64,000 nt of DNA from Arenicellales bacterium (GCA_963666625.1 OY762925.1:3541748-3605747); one strand, 5' to 3'. Positions 25,102-34,717 are shown, counted from the first letter of the stretch. The notes: a model not told the origin generated them from the sequence alone. A program made the numbers and translations.

Positions 25102-26379
25102 ATGAAACAGATCTTTACTGACACGACCCAATCGCCGGAATTCAAGGGAGATTGGAAGGTAAAGCAGATACGAGAGTTTGCTTCATGCACAGCGGGAGGA
25201 ACGCCGAGTACATTAGTTCCTGAGTTTTGGGGCGGATCGATTCCGTGGATGAACTCTGGTGAGCTACACCAAAAGCAGGTCGACGAAGTTGACAATTACA
25301 TTACTGAAAATGGATTGTTGAACTCTAGTGCAAAATTGTTACCAACCGGTTGTGTGCTGATCGGTTTAGCCGGTCAAGGCCGAACACGCGGAACGGTGGC
25401 CATGAATCTAATTCCGCTTTGCACAAATCAGTCAATAGCTGCAATACTCCCCAACTCTAATTTCGTACCTGAATATCTGTATCACAATCTCCATAGCAGA
25501 TACACTGAACTAAGAGACCTTTCATCTGGTGGCGGTGGGCGGGGTGGTCTAAACTTGACGATTATCGGTTCAATTATGATTCCGTTTCCCAGCATCTCCG
25601 AGCAGCATGCCATCGCCACCGTCCTCTCTGACATAGATGCCGAAATTGCTATTCTTGAAGCCCAGCATAAGAAAATGCTGAATCTCAAAATGGCCGTCAT
25701 GCAACAACTCCTAACTGGCCAGACGCGCCTCCCGGGATTCTGTGACGAATGGAACATGACGCGGTTAGGGAACCATGTTACATTTCTGCGAAATGGCGTG
25801 AACTCGCGCGCAGAACTTCTCCTAGAAGGCCGAATTAAGTACCTACACTATGGTGATGTGCATGCCTCCAAAGATGTATACATTTCTACTGTTTCACTGC
25901 CATGCTTGCCTGATTTCAAAGCATCATCGCTCGACCGATTACAAGACGGAGATTTAATTTTTGCCGACGCATCCGAGGATATCTCTGGTGTGAGCAAGTC
26001 GGTAGAGGTGAGAGATGTAGGTAGTAATGAGCTTGTGTCAGGTTTGCACACGATCGCGGCAAGATTCGACAAGAATGTGCTCGCTAATGGTTTCAAAGGT
26101 TTTCTTCAGTTCTGCCCACCGTTCGTGAATCACCTTCGGCGCCTCGCTGCAGGGACTAAGGTATTCGCGACGAACCGTGCACACATCGCAGATGTAGAAC
26201 TGCCACTGCCCTCGATTCCCGAGCAAGTCGCGATCGCCACAGTCCTCTCCGATATGGAAGTTGAAATTGCCGCGCTTGAAGCCCGCCGCGAAAAGACTCA
26301 AAACCTCAAGCGTGCGATGATGCAGGAATTGCTCACCGGAAAAACGCGACTCGTTCTACCCGAGGTATCCCATGTCTGA
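25102..26379 (+). CDS. hsdS: Type I restriction-modification system, specificity subunit
   Basis: Two target-recognition halves, each followed by the conserved helix: SEQHAIATVLSDIDAEIAILEAQHKKMLNLKMAVMQQLLTGQTRL and PEQVAIATVLSDMEVEIAALEARREKTQNLKRAMMQELLTGKTRL. Confidence 0.9.
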   Translation: MKQIFTDTTQSPEFKGDWKVKQIREFASCTAGGTPSTLVPEFWGGSIPWMNSGELHQKQVDEVDNYITENGLLNSSAKLLPTGCVLIGLAGQGRTRGTVAMNLIPLCTNQSIAAILPNSNFVPEYLYHNLHSRYTELRDLSSGGGGRGGLNLTIIGSIMIPFPSISEQHAIATVLSDIDAEIAILEAQHKKMLNLKMAVMQQLLTGQTRLPGFCDEWNMTRLGNHVTFLRNGVNSRAELLLEGRIKYLHYGDVHASKDVYISTVSLPCLPDFKASSLDRLQDGDLIFADASEDISGVSKSVEVRDVGSNELVSGLHTIAARFDKNVLANGFKGFLQFCPPFVNHLRRLAAGTKVFATNRAHIADVELPLPSIPEQVAIATVLSDMEVEIAALEARREKTQNLKRAMMQELLTGKTRLVLPEVSHV

Positions 26380-29300
26380 ACAACCGCGTTCCGAACGCGA
26401 CACACAGAACCGTATCGTTGCTCTGTTCACCGATCCAACGCATCCAAATCATCTCGGCTACCACTACTTGGGAGACTGGAGTAACCGAGTAAACAATCGA
26501 GCTATCGAAAAGGGATTTTTGAGGGACAACCTCAAAACCCGCGGCTATTCCGAGTCCCAAATTTCCGCTGCCCTCCAAAAGCTCGAATCTGCGGCTGATT
26601 TGACTCACACTACGCTCTACCATGCGAATCTCCGTACCTACAAGCTTCTGCGTTATGGCGTTCCGGTGCAGACCGCTGCGGGACAGGCACATGAGACGGT
26701 GCATCTCGTGGATTGGGACCACCCCGAGAACAACGACTTTGCGCTGGCTGAAGAAGTGACGGTTAAAGAAGGCTACGAACGTCGACCCGACATAGTTTTG
26801 TATCTAAATGGTCTTGCAGTGGCCGTGATTGAGCTGAAACGCAGTTCGGTGGAGATCGGCGACGGAATCCTGCAACTCATTACCAATCAGGAAGATATCT
26901 TCAATGAGCCGTTCTTCAGCACAGTACAACTTCTCTTCGCAGGAAACGACTCACAGGGACTGCGCTACGGCACAACACGCACGCGAGAGCAATTCTTTGT
27001 GCGGTGGAAAAATTATGTACAGACTTTAGAAGAAGGGGTACTGCTTGATTTACCGCTGATCGAAATGTGCAACAAGGCCTGGATGCTCGACTTTATTCAA
27101 AACTTCATTGTGTTCGATGCTGGCCTTAAGAAGGTTCCGAGACCACATCAGTTCTTCGGTGTCAAGGCCGCACAAGCTCGCATCAAGAAGCGCGAAGGTG
27201 GAGTTATCTGGCACACACAAGGTAGTGGGAAAAGTATCGTAATGGTACTGCTTGCAAAGTGGTTACTTGAACATGATCCCGACGGTCGCGTCCTTGTTGT
27301 AACTGACCGCGACGAGTTGGACAGGCAAATTGAAGACGTGATGAAGAACGCCGAAGTGGTCAGCAAGGACACTATATCCCCGCGAGTCACGTCTCGGGCT
27401 CAGTTTATAGAATCTCTATCTGCGACATCTCCTCGACTTCTGTGCGCATTGGTCCACAAATTCGACACAACTGACCTTCACGGCGACCCACCGCCTATCT
27501 CAGGTAACTTCTACGTGTTTGTGGACGAATGCCATCGGACGCAAGGGGGCAACATGAACCGACAGATGAAGCGCTGGATGAAAGGGGCGATCTTCATCGG
27601 TTTCACTGCCACGCCCTTGCTTCGCGAGGACAGGCGGCTGACGCGAAGTGTATTTGGCACATACATACACACCTACAAGTTTCACGAGGGCGTTGCCGAT
27701 AACGTTATCCTAGACTTGAAGTACAGAGCGCGCAATGTACCGCAGCGCCTTACCTCGCAGGCCGACATTGACCAATGGTTCGAACAGAAGACTAAAGGCC
27801 TGAACAACTTCCAAAAGGCACTGATTAGGCAACGATGGGCGACGATGCGGGAGTTAATGAGTGCTGGCGAACGCAAGCAACGCATCATCGCCGATATCAT
27901 CCAAGACTTTAGTATCAAACCGCGGCTTAACAATGATCGGGGGACTGCTATCTTAGTCACTAGTTCAATTCACGATGCCTGTCACTATTATCGACTTTTC
28001 CAGAATACAAACTTCGGCTGCTACTGTGGAATCATTACGTCATACGAACCGAACCAAAACAAGATTTCCCGCGAACGAACTGACAGCGACGAGCGATACA
28101 AGTTCGAAACTTACACCCGCCACGTCTTGAGTGACCGCCAATCTACCGAGAAATATGAGGAGGAAACCAAGCGTCGTTTCATCGAAGAACCAGCGGAGAT
28201 GAAATTGCTGATTGTTGTAAGTAAGCTGCTGACTGGTTTCGATGCCCCGAGCTGTACATACATCTATCTCGACAACGAGTTGCACGACCATCATTTGTTT
28301 CAGGCTATCTGTCGTACAAACCGCCTTGATGGCGATGACAAGGAGTACGGCCACATTATCGACTATAAGGAACTGTTCAGTGAGGTGCAGGAAGCGATCG
28401 CCATCTATAACTCCGATGAACTGGACACTGATCCAGGTAGCGGTGGCAGTAACAATGTTTACATCAATGACTGGCTGGTTGAAAGTCGGAGAAAGCTGGA
28501 TGAAACACGGGAGGCACTCCACTACCTGTGTGAACCTGTTCAATTGCCCCGTGAAACGGAGCAGTACCTACACTATTTTTGTGGCGACGCTAGCGATCCA
28601 AATGCGCTGAATGAAACTGAAGTTTTACGAATTTCCCTCTACAAAGCTGTGGCAACCTACGTGAGAGCTTTCGCATCTATAGCGCAAGATCTGAAAGAGG
28701 CTGGATATTCAGATTCCGAGGCCACAAACATCCGGAAGGAAGTTGAGTTTTACAGCGAGATCCGATCGACTATCAAGATACACTCCGATGAGGAATTGGA
28801 CATTAAGCCATACGAAGCAGACATGCGCCATTTGCTCAACACATATGTCCAAGCGGACTCCTCCACCGTTTTGGGTGATCTGAACGATATGTCCTTAATT
28901 GAGGCAATAGTGAATACCGGCATCCATGATGCTGTCGCACGTAAACTCAACAAAAAAAGCAAATTGTCAAATAATGCAGTCGCGGAAGGAATTATTCACA
29001 ATGTCCGAAAGACCATTGTCCGAGATAAACTCACCGACCCCCAATTTTACAAGCAGATGTCGACACTGTTGGATGACCTAATCAAGCAAAGCCGTGAGGA
29101 TGCAGTTGCTTACGAGGAATTTCTCCGACAGGCCGATGCACTGGTGAATCGGATCGTCCACAAAAAGTCTGGCGATGGTGCACCAACCGTACTATTCGAC
29201 AGGCCCGAAGCGGCGGTAATTTACAACAACTTGCCGATGATTCTCAGCGATCAAGCTGCAGGGCCAGCCGCCGATAACGAGGACAAGTTCTTAAACTTGG

Positions 29301-29467
29301 CACTGCAGATTGATCGCGCTATGCGCGAACAGGCACCAGCAGGATGGAAAGGCGATCAGGCACGTGAATCCCAAGTATTAAGCGCACTGTATCCACTGAT
29401 GAACTCCAACCCAGAGCACACACGTGCATTGTTTGATCTTATCAAGAATCAGCGAGGCTACCAATAA
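26372..29467 (+). CDS. hsdR: Type I restriction endonuclease, R subunit (1031 aa)
   Basis: N-terminal nuclease-type block (RPDIVLYLNGLAVAVIELK), helicase motif I HTQGSGKS and motif II VFVDECHRTQ. It overlaps hsdS by 8 nt. Confidence 0.9.
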   Translation: MSEQPRSERDTQNRIVALFTDPTHPNHLGYHYLGDWSNRVNNRAIEKGFLRDNLKTRGYSESQISAALQKLESAADLTHTTLYHANLRTYKLLRYGVPVQTAAGQAHETVHLVDWDHPENNDFALAEEVTVKEGYERRPDIVLYLNGLAVAVIELKRSSVEIGDGILQLITNQEDIFNEPFFSTVQLLFAGNDSQGLRYGTTRTREQFFVRWKNYVQTLEEGVLLDLPLIEMCNKAWMLDFIQNFIVFDAGLKKVPRPHQFFGVKAAQARIKKREGGVIWHTQGSGKSIVMVLLAKWLLEHDPDGRVLVVTDRDELDRQIEDVMKNAEVVSKDTISPRVTSRAQFIESLSATSPRLLCALVHKFDTTDLHGDPPPISGNFYVFVDECHRTQGGNMNRQMKRWMKGAIFIGFTATPLLREDRRLTRSVFGTYIHTYKFHEGVADNVILDLKYRARNVPQRLTSQADIDQWFEQKTKGLNNFQKALIRQRWATMRELMSAGERKQRIIADIIQDFSIKPRLNNDRGTAILVTSSIHDACHYYRLFQNTNFGCYCGIITSYEPNQNKISRERTDSDERYKFETYTRHVLSDRQSTEKYEEETKRRFIEEPAEMKLLIVVSKLLTGFDAPSCTYIYLDNELHDHHLFQAICRTNRLDGDDKEYGHIIDYKELFSEVQEAIAIYNSDELDTDPGSGGSNNVYINDWLVESRRKLDETREALHYLCEPVQLPRETEQYLHYFCGDASDPNALNETEVLRISLYKAVATYVRAFASIAQDLKEAGYSDSEATNIRKEVEFYSEIRSTIKIHSDEELDIKPYEADMRHLLNTYVQADSSTVLGDLNDMSLIEAIVNTGIHDAVARKLNKKSKLSNNAVAEGIIHNVRKTIVRDKLTDPQFYKQMSTLLDDLIKQSREDAVAYEEFLRQADALVNRIVHKKSGDGAPTVLFDRPEAAVIYNNLPMILSDQAAGPAADNEDKFLNLALQIDRAMREQAPAGWKGDQARESQVLSALYPLMNSNPEHTRALFDLIKNQRGYQ

Positions 29468-29469
29468 AG

Positions 29470-30183
29470 ATGGAAACCATCCAACTCGGGGAAATTTCCA
29501 TCAATTTCACCCGCAAGAATGTCAAACATGTTCACCTATCAGTGTACCCTCCAAGCGGGCGCGTAACGCTTGTTGCGCCAAAAGGAACACGCAGTGAGGT
29601 AGCCCGAGCGTACGCAATCTCCAAGCTCGGATGGATCCGCAACCAGAACGCTAATATGAGGGGGCAGTTGCGCGAGACACCGCGCCAGTATGTCGAGCGT
29701 GAGAGCCACTACCTTTGGGGAAGACGATACTTGCTAACAGTTAGCGAGAAAGAAGCGAAACCAATCGTCCGCCTCAGTCACCGTACTATCATGCTCACCG
29801 TGCGTCCTGGAAGTAGTGATGCGAAACGTGCAACAGTTATACACGAATGGCACAAGTCACTTTTGCACGAAGCGATACCAGAACTAATCTTGCTGTGGGA
29901 GGCGAAAATCGGTGTAAATGTGGAAAACTACTTCCTGCGGCGCATGAAAACGAAGTGGGGTAGCTGTAATTACCGAACTCGTACCATAAGACTCAACACA
30001 GAACTTGTGAAGAAACCAAAGCACCTGCTTGAGTATATAGTAGCTCATGAAATGTTGCATCTAATTGAGCCTACGCACAGCAAGCGATTCTTTGCGCTGT
30101 TGAATGAACATTATCCGACTTGGCGTGAAGCTAAGGCAGAACTGAACGAGCTACCGCTATCTGCGGAGTCATGGAAAGTCTAA
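29470..30183 (+). CDS. YgjP-like (DUF45 / M48-type) zinc metallopeptidase
   Basis: HExxH motif in IVAHEMLHLIEPTHS, plus KTKWGSC. This family is commonly encoded next to type I R-M genes. It starts 2 nt after the hsdR stop. Confidence 0.75.
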   Translation: METIQLGEISINFTRKNVKHVHLSVYPPSGRVTLVAPKGTRSEVARAYAISKLGWIRNQNANMRGQLRETPRQYVERESHYLWGRRYLLTVSEKEAKPIVRLSHRTIMLTVRPGSSDAKRATVIHEWHKSLLHEAIPELILLWEAKIGVNVENYFLRRMKTKWGSCNYRTRTIRLNTELVKKPKHLLEYIVAHEMLHLIEPTHSKRFFALLNEHYPTWREAKAELNELPLSAESWKV

Positions 30184-30302
30184 ACAACCAATCTTGTCAC
30201 CAAATGCAGACACATTCTCGGCTCTGGCCCACAGCCGAGACTGAAATCGCAGCAATAGATATTTAAACCATAAAACAAGGCAAACAATAGTCCCTACTGT
30301 CC

Positions 30303-30884
30303 ATGAACAAAAACGAATTTACTTTAACTGAAGTCTCAAAACTGTTGCAAATTCCTCAGCATCGTTTAATCTACTTGTGTGAAGCAAAAGTTGTTATTCC
30401 CGATAGATCGGATGCAAAAGGACGCGGATCAAGCCGTCGATTTTCAGAAAGAAATTTGCTGGAGTTTTTAGTAGCACTAACGCTCAATGAGTTCCATACC
30501 CCTGCAAATGTTTCGGCAAAAATTGTATTCACCTTGAGACAATTTGCAAACGAAGTCGGAGAACTAGTACCAAACTTCAAATTTCCCTCGTCTTTGATGG
30601 ACAAGAATACACCGCAACTTAGCTTATTGATAACCAATGGTACTAGACTATTCTTCGTCCTAAACTTCGCTCAAGCACGACCAATAGTTTTGGGGGGTGT
30701 GGACCTAGATAAACGAACTCAAAAAATGCAGTTGGTTAATATTGAAGTCGCATTTGAAGGAAACGAAAATCACATCGATTTGGAAAGCTTGATAAATCGT
30801 ATATCCGGTAGCAACGCGTTTTTCTTACTCAATTTGACTCAAATGGCAATAGATCTGAAATCAATACTTAGCCCGGAAGACTGA
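30303..30884 (+). CDS. MerR/excisionase-type HTH protein with unknown C-terminal domain (193 aa)
   Basis: N-terminus FTLTEVSKLLQIPQHRLIYLCEAKVVIPD resembles a MerR-type/HTH_17 helix-turn-helix. The remainder is unassigned. Confidence 0.4.
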   Translation: MNKNEFTLTEVSKLLQIPQHRLIYLCEAKVVIPDRSDAKGRGSSRRFSERNLLEFLVALTLNEFHTPANVSAKIVFTLRQFANEVGELVPNFKFPSSLMDKNTPQLSLLITNGTRLFFVLNFAQARPIVLGGVDLDKRTQKMQLVNIEVAFEGNENHIDLESLINRISGSNAFFLLNLTQMAIDLKSILSPED

Positions 30885-31052
30885 ATTTTCCATTGACTGT
30901 CGTCATCCTTCACATTTCGTAATTGCACAACATTACATCAACGAAACAAGAAGTAAAATTTTGGTGTAGATTGATTCAATTTGGTGCACTAGCTGAAATG
31001 ACCAGTAACCAGATTTCTTTATTTACTGAAAACCACCGCACCAATTTACTCC

Positions 31053-31901
31053 ATGACATCTGACAATACTAAACCTATTACAGAATTGGGTAGTCTATCA
31101 AAGCCCGTAAATACCCTTATAAAGAAAGTTTCAAATGCGGCGGGCATTATTTACGAGCCTCACCACATAAAGCGAATAGCGAAAGCCCAAGCCAAGGCTG
31201 ACTTGATAAGCGCAAAGTCGAAGATTGCAATAACTGATTTACATCGCCGTGCCGCGGAAAGATGGTTGAATGAGGAAGCACAACGTCAGGCGAACATGGA
31301 AAACATACTTGTAAAGTCTTTACCTGAGATTGACGAATCAGCCACACCGGAAAATGTTGAAGACGATTGGATTACCAACTTTTTTGATAAATCCCGAATC
31401 GTTTCCGACGATCAAATGCAAAATTTATGGTCGCGAGTTCTCGCCGGTGAGGCAAACTCCCCTGGTAGTTACGCTAAACGCACCGTCAACTTTCTTTCGG
31501 ACATGGACAAATCTGATGCTGAACAGTTTGCAAAACTGTGTGGTTTCGTCTGGAATTTTGGTCACCTAGTTCTTTTGATTTTCGATTACCAAGAGGAAAT
31601 CTATCAACCAGATATCAATTTTGAAGTTTTGAATCACTTTGATAGTATCGGGTTAATTCAGTTCGATAATTTGTCGGGATTCGGATACAAACGAAATTTA
31701 AATCCTAAGAATTTTAAGGTTTTCTACTATGGAAGATCACTTGAGATTGTTGGTGGATTTGATTCGGATAAAGATCTTCCTCTTGGTTTTGCCCTACTCA
31801 CAGCCGTTGGTAGGGAACTTGCAAGAATTTGTGGTAGCAAACCTGTTGACGGATTTTGGGAGTACGTGAATGAACAATGGAAAGATTTCTTACTCGAATG
31901 A
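31053..31901 (+). CDS. DUF2806-like protein (282 aa)
   Basis: Block EDDWITNFFDKSRIVSDDQMQNLWSRVLAGEANSPGSYAKRTVNFLSDMDKSDAEQFAKLC matches my recollection of the DUF2806 signature. Function unknown. Confidence 0.45.
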   Translation: MTSDNTKPITELGSLSKPVNTLIKKVSNAAGIIYEPHHIKRIAKAQAKADLISAKSKIAITDLHRRAAERWLNEEAQRQANMENILVKSLPEIDESATPENVEDDWITNFFDKSRIVSDDQMQNLWSRVLAGEANSPGSYAKRTVNFLSDMDKSDAEQFAKLCGFVWNFGHLVLLIFDYQEEIYQPDINFEVLNHFDSIGLIQFDNLSGFGYKRNLNPKNFKVFYYGRSLEIVGGFDSDKDLPLGFALLTAVGRELARICGSKPVDGFWEYVNEQWKDFLLE

Positions 31902-32488
31902 ACAGAGTAACTCCCGAGATCCTAACTGACCAAAAGACGAAGTTTTAGTAATTTTCCACGTGTTTCAAATATCTGAACATGGCGAATACGAGTGAGTTGT
32001 AATTTTCGTGCCACTTTTACTAGTGATGCAATTCAGCCGGGACATGGTCCAGAATCTTCAACGCGAAAGCGACAAAAATTCAGAACACGGAACGGGGATA
32101 CCTGGCAGAGGAGAGGCAAAAGATGCTTATTATTTAGGACTGAGAACGAGGTCCTGAATTCATACCCCTTTCTCATAGAGGTTTCCATTCTACGAATCTT
32201 TCGGAGATTTGCAAAATTTGTGACAACCGCTTTCTATCGCTGAAAATATAAATCAAGCGAAACATCAACTTCTGATGACCATGTTGGCGATCGATTAGAA
32301 TCAATGATTCAGGTCCAGACAGACGCGATAATGCCCACAACACTCTCTCTTTTTTTAGACTATTTTTGAAACCAATATCTCGAGAACTCAATAAAAGAAT
32401 TTCCGAGATTCAGTCCAAATTTTTCACGTCAATTACTGTCATATTAACTAGAATTAGATCAAATTATTTTTGCATATTAGGTAGAATC

Positions 32489-32531
32489 GATCTATAATAA
32501 GAGTAATAGAATATTACTCTTATTATAGATC
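32489..32531. promoter_or_regulatory. Perfect 20-bp inverted repeat with 3-nt spacer upstream of the recombinase gene
   Basis: GATCTATAATAAGAGTAATA (32489-32508) - GAA - TATTACTCTTATTATAGATC (32512-32531). It ends 2 nt before a small GTG-started ORF that is coupled to the recombinase ATG. Confidence 0.5.
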
Positions 32532-32533
32532 TT

Positions 32534-32701
32534 GTGAACAAATTCAATACACAACTTCAGCACTCGGAAAATGCTGAACCCGAATATTCTTGTGAACTAC
32601 TTTTGTCATATCTTGCGAAAGAGATTGCAAAAGAGTACGTCAAGCGCCTAGAAAATAATCAATCACTCGAAGCTGAAAAACAACCAGAGGAAAATAAATA
32701 A
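32534..32701 (+). CDS. Small ORF (55 aa) translationally coupled to the serine recombinase gene
   Basis: GTG ... VNKFNTQLQHSENAEPEYSCELLLSYLAKEIAKEYVKRLENNQSLEAEKQPEENK*. Its TAA overlaps the recombinase ATG (TAATG at 32699-32703). It is below the ORF-track size cutoff and has no motif. Confidence 0.3.
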   Translation: MNKFNTQLQHSENAEPEYSCELLLSYLAKEIAKEYVKRLENNQSLEAEKQPEENK

Positions 32702-34389
32702 TGCTCGCTGCTGCTATATACGCCAGATACAGTTCAGAAAATCAACGTCCTGAGAGCATAGATGATCAAATTTCATCATGCAATCGATTTGCAGAAGCCA
32801 ATGGATTCAAGGTTCTCAAGAATCATATATATACAGACTACGCCCTATCTGGGTCCCGTAAAGACAGGGACGGACTCAATGCATTGATTGCCGCTTGCGA
32901 AAACAAGGAATTTGAAATAGTTCTAATAGATGATTTATCCAGATTGGCACGAGATAACTTTCTGATGCTTTCCGTCATCTCAAGTCTCCATTTTGAAGGA
33001 ATCAGAATCGTTTCGGTTTCTGATGGTCTCGACAGCAATGATGAGGAGTCAAAACTCGGAATCCAAATCCGAGGAATTTTCAATGAACTGCAACTCCAGG
33101 ATCTCAAGAAAAAAACGTTACGTGGCCTAATCGGTCAGAAACAGAGAGGATTTTCAGTAGGTGAAAGGACATTCGGCTATAAGTCCGTACCCTATGGAGA
33201 ATTCGTGATTGACAAGAAAGGAGTTCCCAGACCAGAAGGTCACAAACTTGAACTAGAACCAAGGGAAGCTTCGGTTGTTCAAAGAATTTTCAATTCATAT
33301 AACGATGGCTGTTCAATCAACGGCATAGCGAAGATGCTGAACGAAGAAGGAATTTTGGGACGAAACAATCAAAAATACAAATGGAGCAATAGCACAATCA
33401 GTCGAATTCTAGACAATGAAAAATATATCGGAAAGTGGGTTTGGAACAAAACCGAAAGCCGACGAGACCCAAGCACTGGGCGTAGAAAACGCTTTCCGAA
33501 GCCTGAATCAGAATGGATCACCAACTTTGATGAATCCCTAAGAATTATTCCGCAAAAATTATGGGAATCTGTTCGGAAACGAAGATCCGATTCGACAAAA
33601 GCCTGGCCAAAACACAAAGGCAAGAATGGCTTTCAAAAAAATCAAGGGAAACGTGGTGGAATTTACCCAACCCATATATTGTCTGGAATAATGACCTGCG
33701 CCAATTGTGGGTCTACTATTGGTCAGATCTCCGGAAAAGGAGGTGGATACTTCGGATGTCTTGGCGCAAAACGCGGTGCTTGTGACAGCAAAGTCCTCGT
33801 TCGGCGAAAACTTGTAGAGGATTTGGTTCTTGACGAAGTGAATAAACAACTCGCAACTCCAGAAAACTTCCAACTGGTTCTCAAAAAAGTGGAAACTGAA
33901 ATAAAAAAGTTGTGTTCGCATGTACCGGAACAAATTCGAACCAAAGAAATTGAATTGGTAAAGGAAGACCGTCGACTGGTGAATTTCATTGAATTCATTG
34001 CCGAGGGACGTAAAAGTAACGCATTGAGCAAAGCACTGGAAGAAACTGAAAATCGAGTCAATGCGCTCCAAACAGAACTAGACAGTTTGCGTAATGCCAG
34101 TGACAGACTTTTCGAAACTCCACCGATTGAATGGATTGAAGCGAAACTTGAAAGCACTAGAAGTTTGCTACAAAGAAACTTTGCCCAATCGAGTGAAGCA
34201 CTGAGACAATTCTTGGGTCCGATTTCACTTAAGGCGGTTTATCCTGATATCGGGAAACCCTATTTCATTGCCCAAAGCTCGATCGATACGATTGCTCTTC
34301 TCGAAAACACACCTTCCCAAAATGATGCGGAAGGTGGTTCGACTACGTTGCGTTGGTGGAGGTGGCGGGAATCGAACCCGCGTCCGTGA
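32701..34389 (+). CDS. Large serine recombinase (island integrase, 562 aa)
   Basis: Resolvase catalytic domain (AAIYARYSSENQ, DDLSRLARD), recombinase domain, zinc-ribbon CANCGSTIG...CLGAKRGACDSK, and a coiled-coil tail. The last 12 codons (LRWWRWRESNPRP*) are antisense to the tmRNA 3' end. Confidence 0.9.
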   Translation: MLAAAIYARYSSENQRPESIDDQISSCNRFAEANGFKVLKNHIYTDYALSGSRKDRDGLNALIAACENKEFEIVLIDDLSRLARDNFLMLSVISSLHFEGIRIVSVSDGLDSNDEESKLGIQIRGIFNELQLQDLKKKTLRGLIGQKQRGFSVGERTFGYKSVPYGEFVIDKKGVPRPEGHKLELEPREASVVQRIFNSYNDGCSINGIAKMLNEEGILGRNNQKYKWSNSTISRILDNEKYIGKWVWNKTESRRDPSTGRRKRFPKPESEWITNFDESLRIIPQKLWESVRKRRSDSTKAWPKHKGKNGFQKNQGKRGGIYPTHILSGIMTCANCGSTIGQISGKGGGYFGCLGAKRGACDSKVLVRRKLVEDLVLDEVNKQLATPENFQLVLKKVETEIKKLCSHVPEQIRTKEIELVKEDRRLVNFIEFIAEGRKSNALSKALEETENRVNALQTELDSLRNASDRLFETPPIEWIEAKLESTRSLLQRNFAQSSEALRQFLGPISLKAVYPDIGKPYFIAQSSIDTIALLENTPSQNDAEGGSTTLRWWRWRESNPRP

Positions 34390-34717
34390 GCCCTCTGCTC
34401 GCTGGCGACTACATGCTTAGTCTATCCGTAGTTCAACCACATTCGGCCCGGACAGACAATACTGAATGCGGCGGTCTCGCCTGCCGAAGCAGTTGATTTT
34501 ACATGCAGGCTTACGAGACAATCCCTGCACGCTAGTCTCAAATAATTGACCCTGATTCACACCTTTCAGACGAAATGATCACAGGGCTCAGCGGTCAAGC
34601 CGCCAAGGCGTAGTTGTCGTCGTTGGCAACTAATTTTTTGCAGACAGTTTTACGAGGCACCTGCACCTCGACATGCTCCAACGGTTTTGCGACCCGCGTC
34701 GAAACCGAGTCACCCCC
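34354..34717 (-). ncRNA. ssrA: tmRNA (SsrA), tag peptide ANDDNYALAA
   Basis: 5' GGGGGUGACUCGGUUUCGACG... pairs with 3' ...GCGGGUUCGAUUCCCGCCACCUCCACCA (acceptor stem with G3:U wobble; T-arm GCGGG/CCCGC). Tag ORF is GCC AAC GAC GAC AAC TAC GCC TTG GCG GCT TGA. Length 364 nt. Confidence 0.95.

Larger units (their letters stand above)
9700..34388. mobile_element. Composite genomic island (defence/TA cargo) integrated at the 3' end of ssrA; probable tandem array of serine-recombinase elements
   Basis: Visibly AT-rich block between GC-richer core genes. The right end is an intact large serine recombinase gene running into ssrA. There are internal decayed recombinase-3'/ssrA-mimic/HTH-tail junction modules. 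Cargo is R-M, TA, Abi-like and TIR genes plus many pseudogenes. The left boundary (about 9690-9765) has no recognisable att copy and is approximate. Confidence 0.7.

Noticed and set aside
32173-32391. 72-aa minus-strand ORF between the DUF2806-like gene and the recombinase, considered as a possible repressor.
   Set aside because: It has no HTH or other motif, no evident RBS, and lies in very AT-rich DNA where random ORFs of this size are common.
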